Part shown: positions 49,145 to 57,535 of the stretch, piece after piece | How positions within the stretch are numbered: the first letter of the stretch is position 1 | How the letters are laid out: each line of letters starts with the position of its first letter | Assembly (NCBI GenBank): GCA_048499805.1 | Contig: JASNZF010000002.1 | Coordinates: forward strand, 311,882-375,881 | Length of the DNA stretch: 64,000 nt | Direction: 5' to 3' | DNA from: Gemmatimonadales bacterium | GTDB lineage: Bacteria > Gemmatimonadota > Gemmatimonadetes > Gemmatimonadales > GWC2-71-9 | The notes under the pieces: generated by a model | Seen by the model: only the letters and a program-made list of their open reading frames with translations | Told to the model about the DNA's origin: nothing | The model's database searches: none | Program-made: the position numbers and the translations under genes

Positions 49145-52100
49145 CCTGGACCCCGTGGCCTGCCGGTACCGCGGACGACCTCGAGCGCGCGCTGCTGGCG
49201 CGCTGGAAGGACGAGGGGTTGTTCACGCAGGTGCAGGAGGCCTCGGCCGCCGGGGAACCCTTCGTGTTCTTCGAGGGCCCGCCCACCGCCAACGGCCGTC
49301 CCGGGATCCACCACGTCTTCTCCCGGACGATCAAGGACCTGGTCTGCCGGTTCCGGGTGATGCAGGGGCGCTCGGTGACGCGGATCGCGGGGTGGGACAC
49401 CCACGGCCTTCCGGTCGAGATCGAGGTCGAGAAGCAGCTCGGGCTCTCGGGCAAGAAGGCGATCGAGGCGTACGGGGTCGAGGCCTTCAATGCCCTGTGC
49501 CGGCAGAGCGTCTTCACCTACAAGGACGAGTGGGAGCGGCTCTCCGACCGGATCGGGTACTGGCTCGACTACGACCGTCCCTACATCACCTGCTCTCCCG
49601 AGTATGTCGAGAGCGTCTGGTGGCTGCTCCGGCGGCTGGCCGATCGCGGCCTGCTGACCCGCGGGCACCGGGTGCTGCCGTACTGCCCGCGCTGTGGCAC
49701 CGTCCTCTCCTCGCATGAGCTGGCGCTGGGGTACGAGGACGTCACCACCAACTCGGTCTACGTCCTCTTCCCGCTCGAGGACGATCCGCAGCGCCAGCTG
49801 CTGGTCTGGACGACGACCCCGTGGACGCTGCTCTCGAACGTTGCGGTGGCGGTGCATCCGGAGCTGGAGTACGGGGAGTACCCGGTCGGCGACCGGACGG
49901 TGATCCTCGCCGTGGCGCGGGCGGGGCTGCCGAGTGGGGCGGAGAAGGGCGCGCCCACCTTTGCGGAGATTGGCGCCCTCCGGACCTTTCCCGGTCGGGA
50001 GCTCGCCGGGCTTCGGTACCAGCGGCCGCTCGAGCTGGTGGACCTGCCGCTCGACGCCCACTCCCGGATCGTGGTGCCCGAGGAGTTCGTCTCGGCCGAG
50101 GACGGGTCGGGGCTGGTGCACATGGCCCCGGCCTTCGGGGCGGACGACCATGCCGCGGGGCAGCGCCACGGACTGGCGATGGTGCGGCCGGTCGCCAACG
50201 ACGGGACGTTCACCGGCACCAGCTGGCCGGAGCTCGAGGGACGGCTGGTCACCGCCAAGGAGACCAACGACCTGATCGTCCAGCGCCTCAAGCAGGGGGG
50301 GCGCTGGCACCTGACCCAATCGTACAGCCACAGCTATCCGCACTGCTGGCGCTGTCGCAGTGCGCTGATCTACACCGCCCGCGACTCCTGGTTCGTCCGG
50401 ACCTCCGAGGTCAAGGCCCGGATGCAGGAACTCAATGCCGGGGTCAACTGGAATCCCCCCGAGGTGGGCTCCGGCCGGTTCGGGGAATGGCTGAGCAACA
50501 ACGTTGACTGGGCGCTGTCCCGCGACCGTTACTGGGGGACGCCGCTTCCGGTGTGGGTCAGTGACACCGACCCCGCGTGCGTCGAGGTGATCGGGTCGTT
50601 CGCCGAGCTGGCCGAGAAGGTGGGCCGGCCGCTGCCGGATGAGTTCGATCCCCACAAGCCGTTCATCGATGAGTACACCTGGCCGGCTCCCGGCGGCGGA
50701 ACGATGCGCCGGACCCCCGAGGTGATCGACACCTGGTTCGACTCCGGGGCCATGCCCTACGCGCAGTGGCACTACCCGTTCGAGAACACGGAGCTGTTCG
50801 AGCGGCACTTCCCCGCCGACTACATCTGCGAGGGGGTGGACCAGACCCGCGGGTGGTTCTACTCGCTGCTCGCGATCGGCACGGCCGCGTTCGACCGGGC
50901 CCCGTATCGCAACGTGATCGTCAACGACCTGGTGCTCGACGCCGCCGGCCAGAAGATGTCCAAGAGCCGCGGCAACGCCGTGGAGCCCGGGGCGGTGATC
51001 GCCGAGCACGGCGCCGACAGTGTCCGGCTCTTCCTGCTGGCCTCGGGGCAGGTCTGGCTGCCGAAGAAGTTCGATCCCCGGGTGATTCCCGAGGCGGCCG
51101 GCAAGCCACTCAACGCCCTGCGGAACGTGTACGCGTTCTTCCAGCAGTATGCCGGCCCGTGGCGGCCGGAGGATGGCCTCGGGGGCGCCACGCCCACCAC
51201 GCTCGACGACTGGATCGTGAGCCGGCTGCAGGCCACCGTGGATGCGGTGGTGGCAGCCTGGGAGGGCTACGATGTGACCACGGGGGTGCGGAGCATCCTC
51301 GAGTTCATCGTCGAGGACCTCTCCAACTGGTACGTCCGCCAGTCGCGGGCCCGGTTCTGGGCGCCCGACCAGGAGGCCGATCCGGCCGCCGTGGCCACCC
51401 TGCATCGCTGCCTGGTGACGGTGAGCCAGCTGCTCGCCCCTGCGGCGCCGTTCGTCGGCGACTGGATTCATCGCGCCGCCACGGGGGGGTCGGTGCACCT
51501 GGCCAGCTTTCCCGAAGCGGGGGGACCGCGCGACGCGGCGCTCGAGGAGGCGATGGATGCCATCCGCCGGCTGGTCACCGCCGCCCGGGCCGCCCGGGAG
51601 CAGGCGGGCATCATCGTGCGGCAGCCGCTCGGCGAGGTCCAGGTGGCCGTGCCCGCCGCTTCGGACACCGCGCGATTCCGGGAGCTGCTGCCCCTGCTGG
51701 CGCAGGAGGTCAATGTCCACCGGGTGACCGTGGTCACCAGCGACGCCGACCTGGTACGGCTGGTCGGCCGCCCCAACTTCCGCGCCCTCGGCAAGCGGTT
51801 CGGCAAGCGGACCCCGGTGGTGGCGAAGGCGGCCGAGGCGCTGGCACCCGACCTCCTCCGGGCGCTGGAACGTGGTGAGACGGTCGTCACGACGGTGGAG
51901 GGCCAGGCCGAGGACCTGCTGCCTGGCGAAGTGGAGGTGCATCGCGAGGTGGTCAGCGACTGGCTGGTGCAGAGTCAGGGCGCCTTCGTTGTGGCCCTCG
52001 ATCCCGCCCTGACGCCCGATCTCCGCCGCGAGGGGCTCGCCCGTGAGATCGTGAGCCGGGTCCAGCGGCTCCGGAAGGACTCGGGCTACCACTACACCGA

Positions 52101-52332
52101 CCGGATCGCGCTGGCGGTGGAGGGGCCGGACGAGGTCCTGGCCGCCGTGCGGGCGCACGAGCAGTTCATCCGCGGGGAGACACTGACCCGCGAGTTGGCA
52201 ACGGGGGCGGGGCTGGAGCCCGCCGACCGGCAGGAGGAAGTCACCATCGATGGAGTGGCCCTGCGACTCTCGGTCCGTCGCGTGCCCGGTCCCTCGTCCA
52301 CGCTTGACCCGCAACCCATGGAAGCCTCATGA
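49141..52332 (+). CDS. ileS: Isoleucine--tRNA ligase
   Basis: HIGH-region PTANGRPGIHH, KMSKS loop (GQKMSKSRGN), CP1 editing domain, 1063 aa. Confidence 0.97.
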   Translation: MTWTPWPAGTADDLERALLARWKDEGLFTQVQEASAAGEPFVFFEGPPTANGRPGIHHVFSRTIKDLVCRFRVMQGRSVTRIAGWDTHGLPVEIEVEKQLGLSGKKAIEAYGVEAFNALCRQSVFTYKDEWERLSDRIGYWLDYDRPYITCSPEYVESVWWLLRRLADRGLLTRGHRVLPYCPRCGTVLSSHELALGYEDVTTNSVYVLFPLEDDPQRQLLVWTTTPWTLLSNVAVAVHPELEYGEYPVGDRTVILAVARAGLPSGAEKGAPTFAEIGALRTFPGRELAGLRYQRPLELVDLPLDAHSRIVVPEEFVSAEDGSGLVHMAPAFGADDHAAGQRHGLAMVRPVANDGTFTGTSWPELEGRLVTAKETNDLIVQRLKQGGRWHLTQSYSHSYPHCWRCRSALIYTARDSWFVRTSEVKARMQELNAGVNWNPPEVGSGRFGEWLSNNVDWALSRDRYWGTPLPVWVSDTDPACVEVIGSFAELAEKVGRPLPDEFDPHKPFIDEYTWPAPGGGTMRRTPEVIDTWFDSGAMPYAQWHYPFENTELFERHFPADYICEGVDQTRGWFYSLLAIGTAAFDRAPYRNVIVNDLVLDAAGQKMSKSRGNAVEPGAVIAEHGADSVRLFLLASGQVWLPKKFDPRVIPEAAGKPLNALRNVYAFFQQYAGPWRPEDGLGGATPTTLDDWIVSRLQATVDAVVAAWEGYDVTTGVRSILEFIVEDLSNWYVRQSRARFWAPDQEADPAAVATLHRCLVTVSQLLAPAAPFVGDWIHRAATGGSVHLASFPEAGGPRDAALEEAMDAIRRLVTAARAAREQAGIIVRQPLGEVQVAVPAASDTARFRELLPLLAQEVNVHRVTVVTSDADLVRLVGRPNFRALGKRFGKRTPVVAKAAEALAPDLLRALERGETVVTTVEGQAEDLLPGEVEVHREVVSDWLVQSQGAFVVALDPALTPDLRREGLAREIVSRVQRLRKDSGYHYTDRIALAVEGPDEVLAAVRAHEQFIRGETLTRELATGAGLEPADRQEEVTIDGVALRLSVRRVPGPSSTLDPQPMEAS

Positions 52333-52712
52333 ACAAGAAGCAGCTGGCCCACCTCGAGCAGCGCCTCATCGCCGAGCGCGCGCGCGTGATGAAGGAACTC
52401 GGCTACTACGGGGAGTCGTTCAACACGACCCTGCAGGGGTCGGACGGGGACCTCTCCTCCTACTCGTTCCACATGGCCGACCAGGGCACGGACACGATGG
52501 AGCGCGAGAAGCAGTTCCTGTTCGCGTCCCAGGAGGGCCGGTACCTCTGGCACGTCAACGAGGCGCTCCGCCGCCTCTACAGCTCGCCGGCCACCTTCGG
52601 CACCTGTCACAGCTGCGGGGAGGAGATCGCGTTCGACCGCCTGGACGCCCTGCCGCACGCACGGCTCTGCATCACCTGCAAGGCGAAGGAAGAGGATGCC
52701 AAGCGCCGCTGA
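52329..52712 (+). CDS. DksA/TraR-family C4 zinc-finger protein
   Basis: CHSCGEEI ... CITC four-Cys finger. Conserved location between ileS and lspA. Confidence 0.8.
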   Translation: MNKKQLAHLEQRLIAERARVMKELGYYGESFNTTLQGSDGDLSSYSFHMADQGTDTMEREKQFLFASQEGRYLWHVNEALRRLYSSPATFGTCHSCGEEIAFDRLDALPHARLCITCKAKEEDAKRR

Positions 52713-53205
52713 CCGGCGGGCACTGTTCTGGGGAGCGGTCGGGACGGTGATCCTCCTCGACCTGGCCACCAAGTGGTGGGCGGTGGAGACGCTGGTGCTG
52801 TACGAGCCGATTCCGGTGCTCGGCGACACCCTTCGCTGGCGGTTGATCTACAACCCGGGGGCGGCCTTCGGGCTGCACCTCGGTCCCTGGTCGCGGTGGA
52901 TCTTCCAGATCATCGCGGTGGTGGCGTTCGTGGTGCTCTTCCGAATGTCGCGCGAGGCGCGTCCCGGCGACTGGGTGCGCCAGCTTTCGTTGGGCGCGGT
53001 GGCGGGCGGAGCCCTCGGCAACCTGATTGACCGGGTCCGCGGCGCCCAGGGCGTCGTGGACTTCATCGATGCGGGGATCGGCACGGCGCGCTGGCCCACG
53101 TTCAACATCGCCGATATCGGCGTTTCCTGCGGCGCCATCGTGCTGGCCCTTTCCCTCTGGCGCGAGGACCAGGCCAAGGCCCGCGCCGACGCGTCGGCCA
53201 CCTGA
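52696..53205 (+). CDS. lspA: Lipoprotein signal peptidase II
   Basis: Four TM helices, NPGAAFG and FNIADIGV motifs. Confidence 0.9.
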   Translation: MPSAADRRALFWGAVGTVILLDLATKWWAVETLVLYEPIPVLGDTLRWRLIYNPGAAFGLHLGPWSRWIFQIIAVVAFVVLFRMSREARPGDWVRQLSLGAVAGGALGNLIDRVRGAQGVVDFIDAGIGTARWPTFNIADIGVSCGAIVLALSLWREDQAKARADASAT

Positions 53206-53215
53206 GCGACACCCC

Positions 53216-54226
53216 GTGACCCGGGTCGTCCTTTCGGTCGCCACCGACGCCACCGATCGGCTCGATCGCTTTCTCGCCGACCAGCTCGACCTCTCCCGCA
53301 CCCAGGCCGCCCGCCTGGTCGCCGCCGGGGCCGTACAGGTGGCCGGGAAACCCGCCCGCGCCTCCCGCCTGCTGGTTCGCGGCGAGGAGGTCGTGGTCAC
53401 CTATCCCGAGGCCGAGCCACCCCGGACCCTGACCCCCAACCCGCTGCCGCTGACGGTGGTGCATGAGGACGAGCACCTCGTGGTGCTCGACAAGCCCGCC
53501 GGCCTGGTGGTCCATCCGGCGCCGGGACACTGGGACGACACGCTCGTCAATGCGCTGGTGGCCCGGGGGACGACCCTCTCCGGGGGGGCTGCAGGCCGCC
53601 CGGGGATCGTGCACCGGCTCGACCGGGATACCTCCGGCCTGATGGTGGTGGCCAAGACCGACCAGGCCCACCGCCGGCTGTCGGCAGCGATCGCCGCCCG
53701 GAAGGTCTCGCGGATCTACGCCGCCCTCTCGTGGGGGCACCTGCCGGAGACGAGGGTCTTGATCGACGCTCCGGTGGGTCGGCACCCCCGCGACCGGAAG
53801 CGGATGGCGGTCCTGCCGGAGGGGCGCCCCGCCCGGACCCTGGCGCAGGTGGTGGCCCGGTTCGAGTCCGCGGAACTGGTCCGGCTGACCCTGCAGACCG
53901 GCCGGACCCACCAGATCCGGGTCCACCTGGAGTCGATTGGCCACCCGATCGTGGGCGACGCGGTCTACCATGGGGGAGGGAGCCGGCGGATCTCCGGGGG
54001 GGGGCGGCAGGGCGCCGACCGCCTCGCCCGGGCCGCCCCGCGGCAGGCGCTACATGCGGCGGAACTGGGATTTCGCCATCCCGGCACGGGGCAGCCGGTG
54101 GTGTTCCGGAGCGAGTGGCCGCGTGATTTGGGGCCGGCACTGGTGGAAGCCGCTGGTGGCACGATTTCTGTTGCAGAGGAGCATCAGCTCCAATATCTTC
54201 GATTCTTCGAGGATCATGACGACTGA
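53216..54226 (+). CDS. rluD: RluA-family 23S rRNA pseudouridine synthase (RluD-like)
   Basis: GTG 53216. S4 domain (RLDRFLADQL...SRTQAARL) and catalytic HRLDRDTSGLMVVAK. Confidence 0.88.
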   Translation: MTRVVLSVATDATDRLDRFLADQLDLSRTQAARLVAAGAVQVAGKPARASRLLVRGEEVVVTYPEAEPPRTLTPNPLPLTVVHEDEHLVVLDKPAGLVVHPAPGHWDDTLVNALVARGTTLSGGAAGRPGIVHRLDRDTSGLMVVAKTDQAHRRLSAAIAARKVSRIYAALSWGHLPETRVLIDAPVGRHPRDRKRMAVLPEGRPARTLAQVVARFESAELVRLTLQTGRTHQIRVHLESIGHPIVGDAVYHGGGSRRISGGGRQGADRLARAAPRQALHAAELGFRHPGTGQPVVFRSEWPRDLGPALVEAAGGTISVAEEHQLQYLRFFEDHDD

Positions 54227-54665
54227 GGGTTCCGGGATCCGGGTGCTCCGGTGCCGCTCCGGGGCGATCGAGTGGGCCATCCGGGTCGAGGCCCTGCGGG
54301 AGATTGCCCCCGGGTCGGCGGCCGCACGGGTGCCCGGGGCTCCCGCCGCAGTGCTCGGGGTGGTGAATGTGCGGGGAAGCCTGCTGGTCGCGCTGGATAC
54401 CCGGGTCTTCCTGGGCCAGCCGGCTGCGGGGGGCACCGGTCCCCTGGTGGTCGTCGAGGTCGGGGGGCGCCGGCTGGCCCTGTCGGTAGATGAGGTGGAC
54501 GACCTGGAGACCGTGGCGATCGCGTTGCTGGAGCCGGCCGAGCCACCGGCGGAGATGCCGGCGGGTGGCGTGATCGCCCTGGTGCGCGAGGATCGACCGT
54601 TCCTGTTGCTCGACATCGAAGCCCTCGCAGCGCCCCTTTTCGGGGTTGGCTCGGGGCAGCCCTGA
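54216..54665 (+). CDS. cheW: CheW-like coupling protein
   Basis: ATG 54216. GVVNVRGSLLVALD and RLALSVDEVDDLE pattern of the CheW domain. Confidence 0.8.
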   Translation: MTTEGSGIRVLRCRSGAIEWAIRVEALREIAPGSAAARVPGAPAAVLGVVNVRGSLLVALDTRVFLGQPAAGGTGPLVVVEVGGRRLALSVDEVDDLETVAIALLEPAEPPAEMPAGGVIALVREDRPFLLLDIEALAAPLFGVGSGQP

Positions 54666-54681
54666 CGCGGTGGAGGATGCA

Positions 54682-55044
54682 GTGGCCCATACAGTGCTGG
54701 TCTGTGACGATGCCATCTTCATGCGGACCATGATCGCCGACATCCTGACCCAGGCCGGGTACAAGGTGGTGGGCGAGGCGGAGAGTGGCGTCGAGGCGGT
54801 CCGCCAGTACCAGGAGCTCAAGCCGGACCTGGTCACCATGGACATCGTGATGCCGGAGATGGGCGGCATCGACGCCGTCCGCGAGATCATCAAGATGTAC
54901 CCCGAGGCCCGGATCCTGATGTGCAGTGCCATGGGGCAGCAGGCCCTCGTGGTGGAGGCGATCCAGGCCGGCGCCAAGGACTTCGTCGTCAAGCCGTTCC
55001 AGCCCGCCCGCGTGCTCGAGGCCGTTCAGCGCCTCCTGAGCTGA
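54682..55044 (+). CDS. cheY: CheY-like single-domain response regulator
   Basis: VLVCDDAIFMR, phospho-acceptor VTMDIVMPEMGG, and AKDFVVKPF. GTG 54682 follows ggagg; earlier in-frame starts are at 54646 and 54670. Confidence 0.88.
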   Translation: MAHTVLVCDDAIFMRTMIADILTQAGYKVVGEAESGVEAVRQYQELKPDLVTMDIVMPEMGGIDAVREIIKMYPEARILMCSAMGQQALVVEAIQAGAKDFVVKPFQPARVLEAVQRLLS

Positions 55045-55055
55045 CCGCCCCTCCG

Positions 55056-56924
55056 GTGGACACCAGCAAGTATGCCGCGCTGTTCCTGTCCGACAGCCGG
55101 GACAACCTCCAGCAATGCGACGCGCTCCTGATGGCCTGGGAGGCCGAGCCGGCGGTGATCGAGCCGGTGGCCGGGCTCTTCCGGTCGATGCACAGCATCA
55201 AGGGGATGGCGGCGACGATGGGGTATGCGCGGTTGGCGGAGCTGACCCATCGCGCCGAGGACCTCCTGGCCCGGGTGCGCGGCGGGAGCCTCCCACCGAC
55301 GCGCGACCTCGTGGCATTGATGTTCGAGGTCGTGGATGCCATTGGCACCGGGGTGGAGGACGCGGTGGCCGGGGTGGATGGGGAGCGGATCGACGCGTCG
55401 CTGGTGGCCCGGATCGAAGCGCTGGCGGAGGCGGCGCCGGAGGTCGCGCCCCAGGTGGCCGCGCCAACGGTCCCGGCCGGGCCGACGCCTCCCGAGGCGG
55501 GGGCACGGGTCACCGTGACGATTCGCCCCGGCGTGGTCATGGGGTGGGCCCGGGCGCTGCTCGCCCTGCGCCGCGCGGGGGAGCTGGGGCGGGTCTCCGC
55601 CGTGGATCCCGATCCGGCGTCGGTTGCCCCGGAGGGGTTCGCGGGTACGATCGCCTTCCGGCTCGAGTCCTCGGAACCGCCCGAGCTGATCCGGTCGGCG
55701 CTGCTCGGGGTGGGCGAGGTGGCCGATGTCGTGGTCGAGGACGGCCGGGCGCGGGTCGCGGCCGCGCCGCCCCGGACCCGGCAGGACGTCCGGGTGGCGC
55801 GGGAAACCCTCGATCGGCTGCTCGCCCAGGTGGGCGAACTGGTGGTGGCGCGCAATCGGCTGGCCGATGCGGCGGAACTGCGGCGGGATCCCGGCCTCGA
55901 CGAACTGGTTGGCAGCCTGTCGCGGCTCACCGACCAGGTGCACGAGGGCATCCTCCAGGCCCGGATGGCGCCGGTGGCAGAGGTCTTCGATCGCTTTCCC
56001 CGTGCGATCCGCGACCTCGCGCGCCAGGTGGGGAAGGAAGTCCGCCTCGAGGTGGTGGGCCGGGAGATCGAGCTCGATCGCTCGGTGCTCGAACGGATCC
56101 AGGATCCCCTGCTGCACCTGTTGCGCAATGCGGTGGATCACGGCCTCGAGGATCCGGCCACCCGCGAGGCGCTCGGCAAGCCGCCCGGGGGGCTGGTCCG
56201 GCTCGAGGCCCAGCGGATGCGCGACGGCGTGGTGATCACCGTTGCCGATGACGGCCGCGGGGTCGATCGCGACCGGGTCCGCCGCCGGATCGGGGCCGAA
56301 GCGCCGGCCTCCGTGGAGCTGGACGACTCGGCGCTGCTCTCGGTGCTCGCCCGACCCGGATTCAGTACCGCCGACGAGGTCACCTCCGTGAGTGGCCGCG
56401 GGGTGGGCATCGATGTCGTCCTGACCCGGATCCGCGAGATCGGGGGATCGGTGGCGCTGCGCTCCACCCCGGGCGAGGGCACCACGTTCCAGGTGCGGCT
56501 CCCCGAGACGATGGCGGTGGTGCCCGCGCTGCTCGCCCGTGCCGGGGCGGAGCGCTACGCGATTCCGCTGGCGCGGGTCCACGAGACCGGGCGGGCGGTG
56601 CCGGAGACAGGGGAGGGGAATCGGCTGGCCGTAACCTTTCGTGGCGAGGTGCTGCCGGCCCGCGACCTGCTCCGTGTGGTCGGGCAGGGCGGCGTCCCCG
56701 TCGGCGAGATCCGGCCCTTCCTGGTGGTGGGGGTCGGGGAGGGGCGTGGGGTGATCGTTGTGGATAGATTACTCGGGCGGCAGGACCTGGTGGTGGCCTC
56801 AGTGGAGCTTCCCCTGGGCGCCCCCTCGTGGATCACCGGGGCGGCGCTCCTGCCCGACGGCATGCCCGCCTTGCTGCTGGATCCCGGTGGCCTGTTCCTG
56901 GAGGAGATGGTATGGCAGAGGTGA
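55056..56924 (+). CDS. cheA: Chemotaxis histidine kinase CheA
   Basis: Hpt domain with HSIKGMAATMG, dimerisation region, HATPase (HLLRNAVDHG, DDGRG, GRGVG), C-terminal CheW-like domain. Confidence 0.9.
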   Translation: MDTSKYAALFLSDSRDNLQQCDALLMAWEAEPAVIEPVAGLFRSMHSIKGMAATMGYARLAELTHRAEDLLARVRGGSLPPTRDLVALMFEVVDAIGTGVEDAVAGVDGERIDASLVARIEALAEAAPEVAPQVAAPTVPAGPTPPEAGARVTVTIRPGVVMGWARALLALRRAGELGRVSAVDPDPASVAPEGFAGTIAFRLESSEPPELIRSALLGVGEVADVVVEDGRARVAAAPPRTRQDVRVARETLDRLLAQVGELVVARNRLADAAELRRDPGLDELVGSLSRLTDQVHEGILQARMAPVAEVFDRFPRAIRDLARQVGKEVRLEVVGREIELDRSVLERIQDPLLHLLRNAVDHGLEDPATREALGKPPGGLVRLEAQRMRDGVVITVADDGRGVDRDRVRRRIGAEAPASVELDDSALLSVLARPGFSTADEVTSVSGRGVGIDVVLTRIREIGGSVALRSTPGEGTTFQVRLPETMAVVPALLARAGAERYAIPLARVHETGRAVPETGEGNRLAVTFRGEVLPARDLLRVVGQGGVPVGEIRPFLVVGVGEGRGVIVVDRLLGRQDLVVASVELPLGAPSWITGAALLPDGMPALLLDPGGLFLEEMVWQR

Positions 56925-57532
56925 GGGCGCTGAACAATCTGGAGCGTGACGCGCTCCGCGAGGTGGCCAACATCGGCGCGGGGCATGCCGCGACTGCCCT
57001 GTCGCAGATGACCGGCCGCACCATCATGATCGACGTCCCCGAGGTGGAGATCCGCCGCCTCGAAGAGGTCGCCGAGTTGGTGGGTCCTCCCGACACGGTG
57101 ATCGCGGCGATCCTGATGCACATGATGGGCGACCTGACCGGCCGGACGATGGTGCTCCTGCCGGACGCCTCCGCGCGCGTGCTGTGCGACATCCTCCTCC
57201 AGCGAAAGGTCGGCACCACGTCGGGGTATGCCGCCATGGAGCATTCGACGCTCAAGGAGACCGGCAATATCCTGAGTTCCGCCTACCTGAACGCCCTGAG
57301 CGATTTCATGGGCATGATGCTGCTGCCCTCGGTGCCCAGCCTGGTGGTGGACCTTGCCGGAGCCGTCCTGACGACGGCCTACCTCAACTTCGGCGCCGAT
57401 CGCGACCTCGTCTTCTGCGTGGACACCTCCTTCCGGGTCGAGGGCGCGTCCGAGGCGCTGCGTGGCCAGTTCCTCCTCCTGCCCGACCTGCCGTCCCTCC
57501 ACGCGATCTTCGACGCGATTCGACTCGACTGA
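56912..57532 (+). CDS. cheC: CheC-family CheY-P phosphatase
   Basis: Two E-x2-N active-site motifs (LREVANIGAGHAA and LKETGNILSSAYL). Overlaps the cheA 3' end by 13 nt. Confidence 0.85.
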   Translation: MAEVRALNNLERDALREVANIGAGHAATALSQMTGRTIMIDVPEVEIRRLEEVAELVGPPDTVIAAILMHMMGDLTGRTMVLLPDASARVLCDILLQRKVGTTSGYAAMEHSTLKETGNILSSAYLNALSDFMGMMLLPSVPSLVVDLAGAVLTTAYLNFGADRDLVFCVDTSFRVEGASEALRGQFLLLPDLPSLHAIFDAIRLD

Positions 57533-57535
57533 CGG

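Noticed and set aside
49051-52314. 1087-aa minus-strand ORF antisense to ileS; similar cases at 42429..45002, 45414..47669, 31845..34637 and 35889..38171
   Set aside because: Each is antisense to an unambiguous housekeeping gene (ileS, ftsH, DUF2723, the metalloprotease, fahA/pdxH) and has a low-complexity Arg/Gly/Pro composition.
53027-53215. N-terminal extension of rluD (track ORF 53027..54226) overlapping lspA
   Set aside because: The extension is out of frame across the lspA coding sequence and is low-complexity. The conserved S4 domain begins right after GTG 53216.
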